A DNA stretch of 64,000 nt from Cetorhinus maximus (Eukaryota): contig NC_135889.1 in assembly GCF_964194155.1 (NCBI RefSeq), positions 111,972,001 to 112,036,000 of the forward strand. Direction: 5' to 3'. A program made the translations under genes and the position numbers. Every line of letters starts with the position of its first letter. Positions within the stretch are counted from its first letter, which is position 1. Under the pieces are notes generated by a model, which saw only the letters and a list, made by a program, of their open reading frames with translations, was not told where the DNA came from and ran no database searches. Below, piece after piece: positions 11,575 through 24,345 of this stretch.

Positions 11575-13262
11575 ACGAACATACAGATTAGGAGCAGGAG
11601 TAGGACACTCAGCCCCTCGAGCCTGCTCTGCCATTCAATATGATCATGACTGATCGGAATACAATCTCAACCCCACATTCCTGCCTATGCCCGATAACCT
11701 TTCACCCACTTGTAAATCAAGAATCTATCTAGCTCTGCCTTAAAAATATTCAAAGACTCTGTTTCCACTGCCTTTTGAGGAAGAGAGTTCCAAAGGCTCA
11801 CAACCCTCTTAGAGAAAAAGTATCTCCTCATCTCTGTCTTAAATGAGCGGCCCCATATTTTTAAACAGTGACCCCTAGTTCTGGATTCCCCCACAAGAGG
11901 AAAAATCCTCTCTACATCCATCCTGTCATGACCGCTCAGGACCTTGAAGATTTCAATTGAGTCACCTCTTACTCTTCTAAATTCCAGTCGATACAAGCCT
12001 AACCTGTCCGGCCTTTCCCCATAAGGCAACCTGCCCATTCCTGGTACTCGTCTAATAAACCTTCTCTGAACTTCTAACGCATTTACATCTTTCTTTAAAT
12101 AAGGAGGCCAGTACTGTACACAATACTCCAGATGTGGTCTCACCAATGCCCTGTAGAACTGAAGCATAACCTCCCTACTTTTGTAATTAATTCCTCTCGC
12201 AATAAATGATAACATTCTATTAGCTTTCCTAATTACCTGCTGTACCTGCATACTAACCTTTTGTGATTCATGCACCAGGACACCCAGATCCCTGTGAATC
12301 TGAGCTCTGCAATCCCTCACCATTTAGATAATAAGCTCCTTTTTATTCTTCCTGCCAAAATGAATGATTTCAGATGTGTGCATATTATACTCCACTTGCC
12401 AGATCTTTGCCCACTGACTTAACCTATCTATGTCACTTTGTAGCCTCCTTACGTCCTCTTCACAATTTACTTTTCGACCTATCTTTATGTCGTCAGCAAA
12501 TTTAGGCACCATTCCATCGGTACTTCATCCAAGTCATTTATATTAATTGTAAAAAGTTGAGGCCCCATCACTGATCCCTGTGGCTCATCACTCAGCACAT
12601 CCTGCCAGCCAGAAAAAGACCCTTTTATGCCAACTCTCTGCCTCCTGTTAGCTAGCCAATCTTCTACACATGCAAATATGTTACCCTCTACACCATGAGC
12701 TTTTATTTTCTGCAATAACCTTTGATGTGGCACTTTATCAAATGCCTTCCGAAAATCTAAGTACAGTATATCCTTTTTATCCACAGCACATGTGAATCCT
12801 TCAAATAACTCCAATAAATTGGTTAAACAGGATTTTACTTTTTCTTATTCGTTCATGGGATGTGGGCGTCGCTGGCTAGGCCAGTATTTTTTGCCCATCC
12901 CTAAATGCCCTTGGTCAGAGGGTATTTTCTTAAGAGTCAACCACATTATTGTGGAACTCGAGACTCATGTAGGCCAGACCAGGTAAAGACAGCAGATTTC
13001 TTTTCCCTAAAGGACATTAGTGAACCAGATGGATTTTTATGACAATCGACAATGGTTTCATGGTCATCATTAGACTTTTAATTCCAGATTTTTATTGAAT
13101 TCAAATTCCACCATCTGCCGTGGTGGGATTTGAACCTGGGTCCCTGGGTCCCCAGAGTATTATCCTGGGTCTCTGGATTAAGAGTCCAGTGACAATACCA
13201 TGACACTGCCGCCTCCCCAAAACCATGGTGACTACCTGATTGCTTTGAATTTTTATAAGTGC
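11575..13262 (-). mobile_element. CR1 LINE, 5'-truncated RT and 3' UTR, with a nested SINE
   Basis: ORFs 12485..12814 (YLDFRKAFDKVPHQRL, PQGSVMGP), 12324..12512 (KFADD) and 11685..12323 ([18 protein letters not shown]). Confidence 0.95.
12836..13219 (-). mobile_element. SINE family S2 inserted in CR1
   Basis: Reverse complement of 10070-10436. CR1 sequence resumes at caaaaccatgg. Confidence 0.85.
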
Positions 13263-13627
13263 CTTGCGTAAGTAACGTACCTTTTTATTTTCGGTTGGAC
13301 AGTAGATTAGAATTACAATGGCTGCAGTTTAAAGGACATGTCCACTGGAACAGGATGAGAGATATATACAATATTGCATTCCTGGAACAGAGTGTGCCAT
13401 GAAAAACAGGATGGCGCCGGCAAGGAATCCTGGACCAAGGGAACTGCCTGACAACGACATTTTAATTGGCTCCTGACCAGGTGACCAGGGTTTTGTGTGG
13501 CAGCAATATGCAGCAAAAAGCTCCTGGCCTGCAAAGAGAAAACATCTAAAATCTCTTTACCTCATATCTCTATAACCTGCTCTCTCTCTGAGGAAACCCT
13601 TGTAAAAAAGAAAAGGGGAAAACCACT

Positions 13628-14376
13628 GTTAGAGACATTGAGAGAGGGGAATGTGCAACGAGACCTGGGTGTCCTTGTACACCAGTCGCTGAAGGTAAGC
13701 ATGTAGGTGCAGCAGGCGGTAAAGAAGGCAAATGATGTGTTGGCCTTCATAGCCAGAGGATTCGAGTACAGGAACAGGGATTCTTGCTGCAATTGTACAG
13801 GGCCTTGGTGAGACCACACCTGGAATATTGTGTGCAGATTTGGTCTCCTTATCTGAAGAAGATTGTACTTGCTACAGAGGGAGTGCAGCGAGGTTTACCC
13901 AACTGATTCCTGGGATGGCGGGACTGACATATGAGGAGAGATTGAGTCAGTTAGGATTATATTTGTTGGAGTTCAGAAGGATGAGGGGGGATCTCACAAA
14001 AACCTATAAAATTCTAACAGGACTAGACAGGGTAGATGCAGGAAGGATGTTCCCGATGGTGGGGGAGTCCAGAACTAGGGGTCAAAGTCTGAGGATATGG
14101 GGTAGACCATTTAGGACTGAGATGAGGAGAAATTTCTTCATCCAGAGAGTGGTGAGCCTGTGGAATTCGTTATCACAGAAAATAGTTAAGACCAAAACAT
14201 TGTATGTTTTCAAGAAGGAGTTAGATATAGCTCTTTGGGTGAAAAGGATCAAAGGGTATGGGGAGAAAGCGGGAGCAGGCTATTGAATTGGATGATCAGC
14301 CATGATCATAATGAATGGCGGAGCAGGCTCAAAGGGCTGAATGGCCTACTCCTGCACCTAGTTTCTATGTTTCCAT
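13628..14376 (+). mobile_element. CR1 LINE 3' fragment
   Basis: QRDLGVLVH, YEERL, RRMRGDL and FRTEMRRNFFIQRVVSLWNSL motifs, with a (tttctatg) tail. Confidence 0.93.
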
Positions 14377-15089
14377 GAAAAGCAAGTTCTCAACCAATGA
14401 ACTAAATACTGAAAGTGCTGGAAGACCACCTCATGTCATCAAGAAGAACTGAAAAGTATTTTGAAGACATTGATTAAAATCAACCCATTGAATCCTGTTA
14501 CTTTCTTATATATTTGATTAACTTTCCCACCAAATTGTGTACTATTTTAAACCTTAGGGATAGCATAGAACTTACCCACTTACAAGACAGTCACTAAACA
14601 GCTATCTCATTTTCCTGTAGTAAAGCAAGAACCAATTTCCATGGGGTGAAAAAGAGGAAATGGACAACTCTTTACCCCCACCCCCACCCCTACCTTCACC
14701 GAACTCTCCTCTCACCAAATTCCAAGTCTTCACTCAGTTTGTCAGCTGCACTTTGTTTGCCAAGGCTGCATACTTGGGCATGTAGTGCGCCTGTACCACC
14801 AAGAAAGCCAGGATCCTTTTTTCATAAGCTGTCTTCTTTTTCAATGCAAGTTTTTGTCTTAATAAAAAGTTTGTTAATTGGTTAAGTGTCATTCAAGCTA
14901 CCTTTTATAATTGGTATCAAAATAAGCTTTAACTGAAATAATCAAACTGAAATATAATGAAGCTCCTATTGGAGTTTAATGTACAGGTGCAAGTATAATG
15001 AAGCATGTACCATACAGCAAATACATAGCTATTATTGTGATAAATCTATAAGAGCCGTATCTAGAACTGCTGTCTATCACCAGACAGAA

Positions 15090-15958
15090 TGTGATGTATA
15101 TACTCATGTGATCTTCAGGCAGAAGACACCAGCAGATCTTGTGAGGGAATCTATATTTTTTAATTTAATCTGTACGTTTTTAAAGCAGATCCTACATCAG
15201 AACAGAAACTGAACTGAGAAATGGAACTGAAAGGGAAGTAGGAAAGGTAAACCCAGAAATGAAAATGAACTCACCAGTTTCTAAGGAAACCACAAACAAA
15301 CTGAGTTTGGAGAATCAAAGCTGAAATCTGGTTGAAAGATATAAAAGGACGCAAATCAATGCAAGCAGCAGTCGCAGTTGTTGAGTCTGCTGATGCAGTA
15401 CAAGCAAACTGATAGGGACAGGCCAGATCCGGGTAATGTGAATACATTGCTGCAGCTGTTTCTGTTACAGGAAGATAACATGGCTGGGTCTACCACATTC
15501 AGATTGAGTTGAGCAGGTTCTGCAGGTGGATGCCATTTGTGGTGAGGAACTTGGGTTAGTGGTGCACTGCTGTTGGCTGGGGATTAGCCTAGCACTCAGA
15601 AAGGGGGGAGCTGAAATTCCTCATGAAGAAGAGAGTTTGAAGGACTCACTGTGGTTACTGAAATCTGAGTGGACTACTGAGTCAATTCATAAGATTTGCC
15701 TTCGTTGTATCTGCCAATTAATTTACAATTTATAGTTTATATCCAGGCACCAATTGTTAATTCTGTTTATCTCATATTCATTCTGGATATTAGAGTTCAA
15801 GATCAAAACTATTTAGTGTTTACTTTGTTGACTCTGTATATTAAACATTCTTCCATTTTAAACCATGGAACCAAGGCTTCATTCCCTTAGTAAATAACTG
15901 GGATTTCATATTTCTTCTATTTTTTAAAAAGTTACTGGTATCTATTGAGATCATAACA
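15090..15958 (+). mobile_element. Probable long solo LTR
   Basis: TGTGATG...CATAACA ends, a TATA-like gatataaaa and attaaa near the 3' end. No clear TSD. Confidence 0.35.
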
Positions 15959-15972
15959 ACCTAGAGATCAGG

Positions 15973-16530
15973 CAGAATCACAGGATTTTAATGGCACAGA
16001 AGGAGGCCATTCGATCCATCATGTCTGTACCGGCTCTCCAAATAAGCACTATGACCAAGTGTCATTGTCCTGCCTTTTCCCCATACCCCTGCATATTTTT
16101 TCTATTCAAATAATCATCTAAAGCCCTCTTGAATGCCTCGATTGAACCTGCCTCCACGACACTTCCAGACAGTGCACTCAAGACCTGGACCTCTCATTGT
16201 GTGAAAAAGTTTTTCTCATGTCACACTTGCTTCTTTTTCAAATCACTTTAAATCTGTGCCCTCTTGTTCTTGACCCTTTTACAAGCAGGAACAGCTTCTC
16301 CTTATCTACTCTGTCCAGCCCCCTCATGATTTTGAACATCTCTATCAAGTCTCCTCTCAGCCTTCGTCTCTCCAAGAAGAACAGTCCCAACCTCTCCAAT
16401 CTATCCTCATAGCTGAAGTTTCTCATCCCTGTAACCATTCTTATAAACCTCTTCTGCAATCTCTCCAATGTGTTCGCATCCTTCCTATAGTGTGGCGCCC
16501 AGAACTGTAGACAACACTCCAGCTGACGTA
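15973..16530 (-). mobile_element. CR1 LINE 3' fragment
   Basis: ORF 16238..16468: LERLQKRFIRM...YEDRLERLGLF...RRLRGDL...RTRGHRFK. Confidence 0.9.
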
Positions 16531-17374
16531 TTATCTCACCTCATAGATACTGTTATATATAGTTTCAAATCTTTAACTAAAAGAGCCCACCTTGTTTGAG
16601 TTACCAATCCTCCTTGTGTGGTTGGTATGTTTGTGTAAGCATAGCGAAACAAAACAGCTACGTTTCTGGCACAGCTAGATGGGCCGAATGGCCTCCTCTG
16701 TGCGGTATTATTTACTGATTTTGTCACATTCAATATGAGCTTACATTTATAAAATAAATAAATATAAATAAGTTGGTAAGTGCACTCCATTATTTCATGC
16801 TTAAATGATGAGAATTCTAAAGAGCGTTTCTTCTCCTGATGAGGTAGAAGTTGGATATTCATGTGAAATGCAGCACTGTATGGCAAGGAGTGTGAAGAGA
16901 AGTATAACTCCTGAGGCACAGGATTTTCTCTGGTGGGAAAAAGAAGAATGAAACAGGAACCGAGCACACATAAATGAGACAAAGCATTAGGACAGGGATA
17001 AGAGAAATCGGATATTGTTCTACTGTGAATAGAAAGGATTTGTAGGAGGATTATGAGAAGAAACTTAATCATCAGATAGATCCCAAGCGATTGTCAATGT
17101 CTAATTTAAAGAAAATGAAGAAGCAGGTCCAAATACAATTTTAATCAAAATGATTTTTTTTAAAAACTGCATTATTAAAGAGCATTCTTTTTTTTGTTTT
17201 AACAACCGTTCTGAGTTGATCATTAACCATGCTTGGGAATTCTGCTAGTAGCACACAAGACAGGGGCGAATAATGGCTGAACAAGGTGTAACTATGAGAA
17301 AGTATGTACAATACTACAGATTACAGATTGGTATGTGAGATTCCAGGTGATAAGTAAGAACATAAATGCGGCTC

Positions 17375-17775
17375 GTTACTACTGATTTTAAAATTCTCAT
17401 CTTCATTTTCAAATTCCTCTATCACCTTGTCACCCCCGATTATTGTAATCTCCTCCAGCCCCAAAACCCTCCAAGATATCTGCGTTCCTTTAACTCTGAC
17501 CTCTTGAGTATTGGCGATTCGAGTTGCTTCACCATTGGTGGCCGTGCCTTCAGCTGCTTAGGCCCTAAGGTCTGGAATCCCCTCCCTACACCTCCTTGCC
17601 TCTCTACCCCTTGTTCCTCCTTTGAGACACTCTTTAAAACTCTTTTTGGTCACCTGGCCTAATGACCCTTTATGTGGCTCGGTGCAGTCATTTTTTGTAT
17701 TATAACGTACCTGTGAAGTGCCTTTGGACATTTTAGCACATTAAAGGCATGATATAAATACAACTTATTGTTGAT
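17375..17775 (+). mobile_element. L2 LINE 3' end
   Basis: DFKILIFIFK...RYLRS...TIGGRAFSCLGPKVWN, the L2 C-terminus. A related fragment lies at about 23950-24170. Confidence 0.75.
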
Positions 17776-18269
17776 GAAGTAACCAGGCATGATTCCAAGA
17801 CATTCCTTTATTTACAAATACCCCCCCAAAAAACCTGGAGCTTTAAAGAGGTAAAACAAGGCCAAATCACTCATCCTTATAAACTGTGTTGGCTTCCCTT
17901 CAAAAAAAAGGTCCAACTAAGCAAGTGGAAAATCATCCCCGTAGTCAGGCAAGGAAAGGTCCTCAGGCACTGATGTGAAGTATTGGCAAGTTGCAAATAC
18001 AGTTACAATGCAGCCTGGGGAAAGCTGTAAGAAAAATAAATTACTGCTAACATGAGATTTTCAATGAAGGCTGTTAGAAGTTAATTTATAAGCAGTTTAA
18101 ATATATTATTGGAGGAATCCCCTTTTTGTTACTCAACAAGTATGTAATTACAAAGAAACTAGACTTTGTAAATCACCTTTTCTTGATTGGAATAATGTCC
18201 TGAAAAAGCACCGCCTGCTGGATATTTGGGTGTATTACAAATCCTGTTTTAAAGAAAAAAAATGATAGA

Positions 18270-18810
18270 CAAATGAAGCCATGAAAATCAAGGATACGCC
18301 AGAGGCCAGAATTGGAAGAGCACAGATATGGCAGCAAGTTGTCAGGTTAGAGCAAGTTACAGAGATAGGGAGGGGACAGACCATGGGGGGGATTTGTAAA
18401 CAAGGATGAGAATTAAAAACATTCAATGCATTGCTGGACCAAGAGCCAATATAAGTTGGCAAGCACAGTGCTGATGATGAGCAGGACTTGGCGCAAGTTA
18501 GAGCATGGACAGCAGAGTTTTGGATAACCTGATGTTTAGGGAGGGTGGAAGATGGGAGGTCATCCAGGAGTGCATTGGAGGTTGTCTACTGGTAACAAAG
18601 CTGTAGATGGGGATTTCATTTGCAGATGAGCTGAGCCTGGGACGGAGTCCGACGATGTTATGGAGGTGAAAATAGGTGATTTTGAGATGGCACAGAGGTT
18701 GGAGTCTCAGTATGGGGTCAAATATGACACCAAGGTTTTGAACAGTCTGGTTCAGCCTTAGACAATTGCTAGGGAGAGGGATGGAGTCGGTGGCTAGAAA
18801 CCGGAGTTTA
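18270..18810 (-). mobile_element. Degenerate L2 fragment
   Basis: Purine-rich + strand whose reverse complement resembles 7915-8400 and 17375-17520. Confidence 0.55.
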
Positions 18811-19363
18811 CCATCCTCCTCAAATGTCTCCTGTATTGTCTAGCTTAATGAGATTGCCCTCACCTAGTTCCACCCTCATTTATCCAATCATAGCAAGAGA
18901 TTCTCCGACAATAGCTTTTCTTCCAGGCCCCACTCTATTACCTCTGGAGTCTCCAAGGGTCCAAGCCAAGATTGTCCCTTAAATACAATGCACTGCCTTA
19001 TAGAGATTGGCATCTTTTGGAATACAGCAACACTAACAAGTGAACAATCTGTCAAGTATAATACAACAAAAACTCCTTGACATGTATGTAATGGTGTTTT
19101 ATAAATAATTACATACAACATTGTCACAAATGACAAAGAGATTTTAATAGCAAGAGCCATTTCTTTGATAATTAGGCATGTATGCTTTAATTCTGAAGCG
19201 AAGCACGTAATCCATAAAATACTTGATTGCTCTGGACAAATAAAAACCATAACTCAACATGCAAACATCTCTCACAGAACAGACAGCAATGTAGGAGACT
19301 TATTTGCATATTTAATTCCTATAAAGGCTTGCAGTGAACCATCAGCTGATCTTTCCCTTTCAG

Positions 19364-20260
19364 ACTTAGACTTGAATGTTGGAGGGTTGATCAGTAAGTT
19401 CACGGACGACATGAAAATTGGTGGGGTGGTAAATAGTGAGGAGGATAACCTTAGATTACAGGAGGATATAGACGGACTGGTAAGATGGGCTGATCAGTGG
19501 CAAATGAAATTTAATCCGGATAAGTGTGAGGTGATGCACTTGGGCAGGACAAACAAGGCACGGGAATACACGATGAATTGTAGGACCCTGAGAAGTACCG
19601 AGGATCAGAGGGACCTTGATGTGCATGTCCACCGGTCCCTTAAGGTAGTGGGATAGGTAGATAAGGTGGTTAAGAAGGCATATACTTGCCTTTATTAGCC
19701 AAGGCATAGAATATAAGAGTGGGGAGGTTATGCTGGAACTATATAAAATGCTGGTTAGGCCACAGCTAGAGTATTAGATGTGATTGCACTAGAGAGAGTG
19801 CAGAGGAGATTTACCAGGATGTTGCTTGGGCTGGAGAGTTTTAGTTATGAAGAGAGATTGAATAGACTGGGGTTATTTTTCTTGGAGCAGAGGAGATTGA
19901 GGGGGGACATGATTGAGATGTATAAAATTATGAGGGGCATAGATAGGGTAGACAGGAAGGAACTTTTTCCCTTGGTGGAGGGATCAATAACCAGAGGTCA
20001 TAGATTTAAGGTAAGGGGCAGGAGGTTTAGAGGGGATGTGAGGAAGAGTGGGAATCTGGAACTCACTGCCTGAAAGGGTGGTAGAGGCAGAAACCCTCAT
20101 AACATGTAACAAGTATTTGGATGTGCACTTGTGATGCCATGGCACACAAGGCTATGGGCCTAGTGCTGGAAAATGGTAGAATAGTTAGGTACTTGTTTGG
20201 CTGGCGCAGACTCAATGGACCGAAGGGCCTTTTTCTGTGCTGTAGACCTCTACGACTCTG
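19364..20260 (+). mobile_element. CR1 LINE 3' fragment with small internal deletions
   Basis: ISKFTDDMKIGG, WQMKFNPDKCEVMHLG and ALERVQRRFTRM motifs, with a ctctacgactct tail. Confidence 0.92.
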
Positions 20261-20427
20261 AGATGCTGGGCTGCTTGCTGTGAATTTGCAGCATTGTCTG
20301 TTTAACACCATGTTTCATGGTTTGTTTCTTTTACTTCAAAACTTGGGAACTGTAGGACTTGCTGTAAGGAAGATAGACCCACACCATACTTTGTGCAGCT
20401 TAACACTGTTCCAAAGGATTCAAATAG

Positions 20428-21575
20428 ACAATACACGGAGCTGGATCAGATCTAAGCTCTGCAGTCCTGCCCCATCCTGTCGTGAATGGGGTGGACATTT
20501 ATGCAATTCATTGGAGGAGGAGGCTCTACAAATATCCCCATCCTCAATGATGGGGGAGCCCAGAACATCAGTGCAGAAGACAAGGTTGAAGCATTTGCAA
20601 CAACCTTCAGCCAGAAGTGCTGAGTGAATGATCCACCTTCACCAGAATTTACCATACTCCGAGCCAAGCTTTTCCAGTTACAGTTACAACACTGGAACCT
20701 ACCCGGCAATGTGGAAATTGCCCAGGCATGTCGTGGCTACGAAAAGCAGGACAAATCCTACCCGGCCAATTACTGCCTTATCAATCTACTCTCCATCATC
20801 AGCAAAGTGATGGGAGACTCCACGACTGTGCTATCAAGCGCCACTTGATTAGAAATAACCTGCTCACTGATGCTCAGTTTGGGTTCCGCCAGGGCCACTC
20901 AGTTCCTGACCTCATTACAGCCTTGGTTCAAACATGGACAAAAGAGCTGAACTCTTGAGGTGAGGTGAGAGTAACTGCCCTTGACCATCAAGGCAGCATT
21001 TGACCCAGTGTAGCATCAAGGAGCCCAAGCAAAACTGGAGTCAATGGGAATCAGAGGAAAAGCTCAGCACTGGTTGGAGTCATACCTAGCACAATCCAAA
21101 ATGGTTATGGTTGTTGGAGGTCAATCATCTCAGCTCATCACTGCAAGAGTTCCTCAGGGTAGTGTCCTGGGCCCAACATCTTCAGCAGCTGCTTCATCAA
21201 TGACCTTCCCTCCATCATAAGGTCAGAAGTGGGGATGTTTGCTGATGATTGCACAATGTTCAGCACCATTCGCGATTCCTTGGATACAGAAGCAGTCCAT
21301 GTCGAAATGCAGCAAGACCTAGACAATATACAGGCTTGGGCTCGTAAGTGGCAAGTAAAATTCATGCCACACAAGTGCCAGGTAATGACCACCCCCAACA
21401 AGAGAGAATCTAACCATTGCCCCTTGACATTCAATGGCATTACCATCATGGTATCTTCCACTATCAACATCCGGGAGGTTACCATTGACCAGAAACTGAA
21501 CTGGACATTCATATAAATACTGTGACTACAAGAGCAGGTCAAAAGCCAGGAATTCTGTAGCACGTAATTCACCTC
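20428..21575 (+). mobile_element. LINE family B (CR1/L2 group) RT fragment
   Basis: IKRHLIRNNLLTDAQFGFRQGHS, MFADDCTMF and QQDLDNIQAWARKWQVKF motifs. Homologous to 38370-40480 (-). Confidence 0.9.
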
Positions 21576-22045
21576 ATGATTGGATAACATTTGCGAAATA
21601 ATCCTCAGTATGCTAATAATTACGTTGACAACCAATTGTCAATCGGGCGCACAGTGGGGCACATGTGTGTGTACTGGAAGCTACACACATTAATACACAG
21701 GGCCCTGTTCTTTGCAGACAGAAAGAACACATTATGCCTGTTTCAACTAAACAAAATAAGTAACAGCCATTCGCTAACTCATTCCTCAGGGCAATGCCTT
21801 GACCAATCAAGGTCAAGCTGCCTGGTTTAAATTTCAAACAATGCCTGCCAGTTATCTGTCAGTCACCATCACGTGTGCATTCTACATGGCAACGCCTCTA
21901 CCAATCAGAGTCCACTTGCCAACCAATCAGCACTCTATTCTCATACAGTATAAATTAATTTCCCCTTATATTGGTACCCTTGCAAAGTGTCCTGATGAGG
22001 GCATGATGAGAACTTTTGACACTTCTCTTTTTTCAGCAGCAATTA
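21576..22045 (+). mobile_element. Penelope-like family B 3' end: endonuclease C-terminus plus pLTR with CCAAT/TATA and hammerhead
   Basis: Frameshifted HLRNNPQYANNY...LEATHINTQGPVLCRQKEH resembles the PLE GIY-YIG C-terminus. CCAAT at 21901 and 21923, TATAAA at 21949, CTGATGA at 21992. Confidence 0.75.
21979..22022 (+). ncRNA. Minimal hammerhead ribozyme relic (Penelope B)
   Basis: cttgca-aa-GTGTC-CTGATGA-gggcatgat-GAGA-actt-tt-GACAC. Stem I is 5 bp and CUGAUGA is intact; GAAA is mutated to GAGA. Confidence 0.65.
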
Positions 22046-22149
22046 AAAGAAACTTCAACTCAGCTCCAACAATTATTTCTGATTTTCAGAATGATGCTTT
22101 ACACCAAATTAAATTACTGAAGCATCCTCATTGAATGTTTTTTTTAAAA

Positions 22150-22455
22150 TCTATTTATTCGTTCATGTGTCAAAGGGGACCATGGATAAAACCAGCATTT
22201 ATTACCCATCCCTAATTCCCCTTGAGAAAGTAGCTGTGAGCTCCATCTTGTATTGCTGCAGCCCGTGGGAAAGTACACCCACAGTACTGTTAGGAAGGGA
22301 GTTCCCCGATTTTAGCCCAGTGACAGCGAAGGAACGGTGATTTGGTCTCAAGTCAGGATGGTGTGTGGCTTGGAGGGGGGCTTGCTGGTGGTGGTATTCC
22401 CAAGTATCTGCTGCCCTTGTCCTTCTAGGTGATAGAGGTTGCGGATTTGGAAATA
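22150..22455 (-). mobile_element. LINE family B 3' tail
   Basis: Reverse complement of 48040-48320. Other tails at 42668-43022 (+) and 46692-46828 (-). Confidence 0.8.
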
Positions 22456-22764
22456 AGTTAGCGAGACTCATTTTATTTTGGACTTAATTGTTCTCAATCT
22501 TTCTTACGAACCATCTTAACTTTCCCAGATGCCATGCAAGCGTTTTTTTCAAGGCATTGACATTGGAAACACATGGGTTAGGAGAGTCCCAAATTCATTA
22601 CTCCCTTTGTGCTGAGCTTCCCAGCAGGAGCAGCAGTTGGATACTACAAATGTTCTCAGTACCATTGGTCAAGACTAGGAGGAGGCCAATTGTGCAGAGT
22701 TCCCAGCCCAGGACAGTATCCAGAGAACTCTGCTGGCAAGATTAGTTTTATTTTATTGGCATAG

Positions 22765-23130
22765 ATGGTGGCACAGTGGTAATGTTGCTGGACTGATAAT
22801 CTAGAGACCTAGGCTAATGCTCTGGGGGTATGGGTTCAATCACACTATGGCAGCTGTTGGAATTTAAATTAAATTAACAAATCTGGAATATAAAGCCAGT
22901 GACAACTATCATGGATTGTTGTTTCAAACCCATCTGGTTCACTACTGTCCTTTAGGGAAGGAAATCTGCCACCCTTAGCTGGCTTGGCCTACATAACGCT
23001 CCAGATCCACGACAATGTGGTTGGCTCTTAACTACCTTCTGAAATGGCCACTAATTTCAGAAATTAGTGACGGGCATCAAAGCTGGTCTTGCTAGTGACA
23101 CCCATATCCCATGGAAGAATAAAGAAAAAA
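22765..23130 (+). mobile_element. SINE family S2
   Basis: Homologous to 10070-10436 along its length. Confidence 0.8.
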
Positions 23131-24186
23131 GAGACGTAGATTATTTCCTTAGTTTTGCTTACGGTGATTTTTGCGCAAGGGATAATTTTCATCCGCTGTT
23201 CATCACACTGAGAAAATTGTTGAAATTCGCAACCCAGCAGGAAGACCCACATTGTGCCAAATAGCCATGGCTGAAGCAGATGGGAGCTTTAAATTAATGG
23301 GGTGTTCCCATTGCTCAGAACGAAAAAAACAGTGAAAACTGGGAAATAAGAATACTGGTCTCAACTGACCTTGTATACCTTAAAATGGAACACCAATAAA
23401 AACTGGGAAACAGAAGTGCTGGTCTGAACTGTCTTTTCCTTCTGGTCCCAACCAATGGTCATTAAAGGGATCGCTGCAGGCAACTCCAATTCTGGCCAAT
23501 CCTTTTATTTTTGCTTTCATTTTTATGGGGCCAGGACGAGGCAGAGTGCCCCTCTTGGCCCCACAAAATTATTCTGCCCTGCTGCCTGCTGCTGGTTCCT
23601 GTTCCAGGATTGCATCCTCCACCCTCCCCCCTCTCCCCTCTTCCCCACTTCCCCTCCAGGTATGTACTGTTAGCCTTCTCAGGGAAAGAACCGGCCAATT
23701 TCCTGCCCTCCCTGATTGTCAAGCTGTTTAACATTCGTGAACAGTTACATGCTAGTGAAGTCCCTGTGCCAGGATGATTTAGCCCCTTTGCTGCTCCAAT
23801 GGTGCATAATCCGTGTGCCCACTGCCTGACCTCATTCCCACAGCAACTCAGAATTGACCCTTCCTTCAACTTGATTTGGAAGCAGCCTCAGTATGAGCTT
23901 ATATTATCATGCATGAATTCCATTAAGGCTTGATTGAGCTGGTTGCAACATTGGTGGCCGTGCCTTCAGCTGCCAACCCCCTAAGCTCTAGACATTCCTC
24001 TCTAGACCTCTCCATCTCTCTCCTCCTTTGAGATCTCCTTAAATCTACCTCTTAGTCCAAGCTTTCGGACATCTCTAGGTTTCAAACTTTTTTCTGATGA
24101 TGCTCCTGTGAGGTACCTTGGGGCATTTACTATGTTAAAGGAACTATACAAAGGAAAGTTGTTATTATTGAGGTACATCTATTTAA

Positions 24187-24345
<159 letters not shown>

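Noticed and set aside
16536-17072. 178-aa minus-strand ORF
   Set aside because: No recognisable domain, AT-rich intronic composition, and it overlaps a CR1 tail fragment. Likely a chance ORF.
23337-23440. Two ~37-bp direct repeats (aaaactgggaaa...ctggtct.aactg) as a CRISPR-like array
   Set aside because: Only two diverged units in vertebrate DNA with no cas genes. A local duplication.
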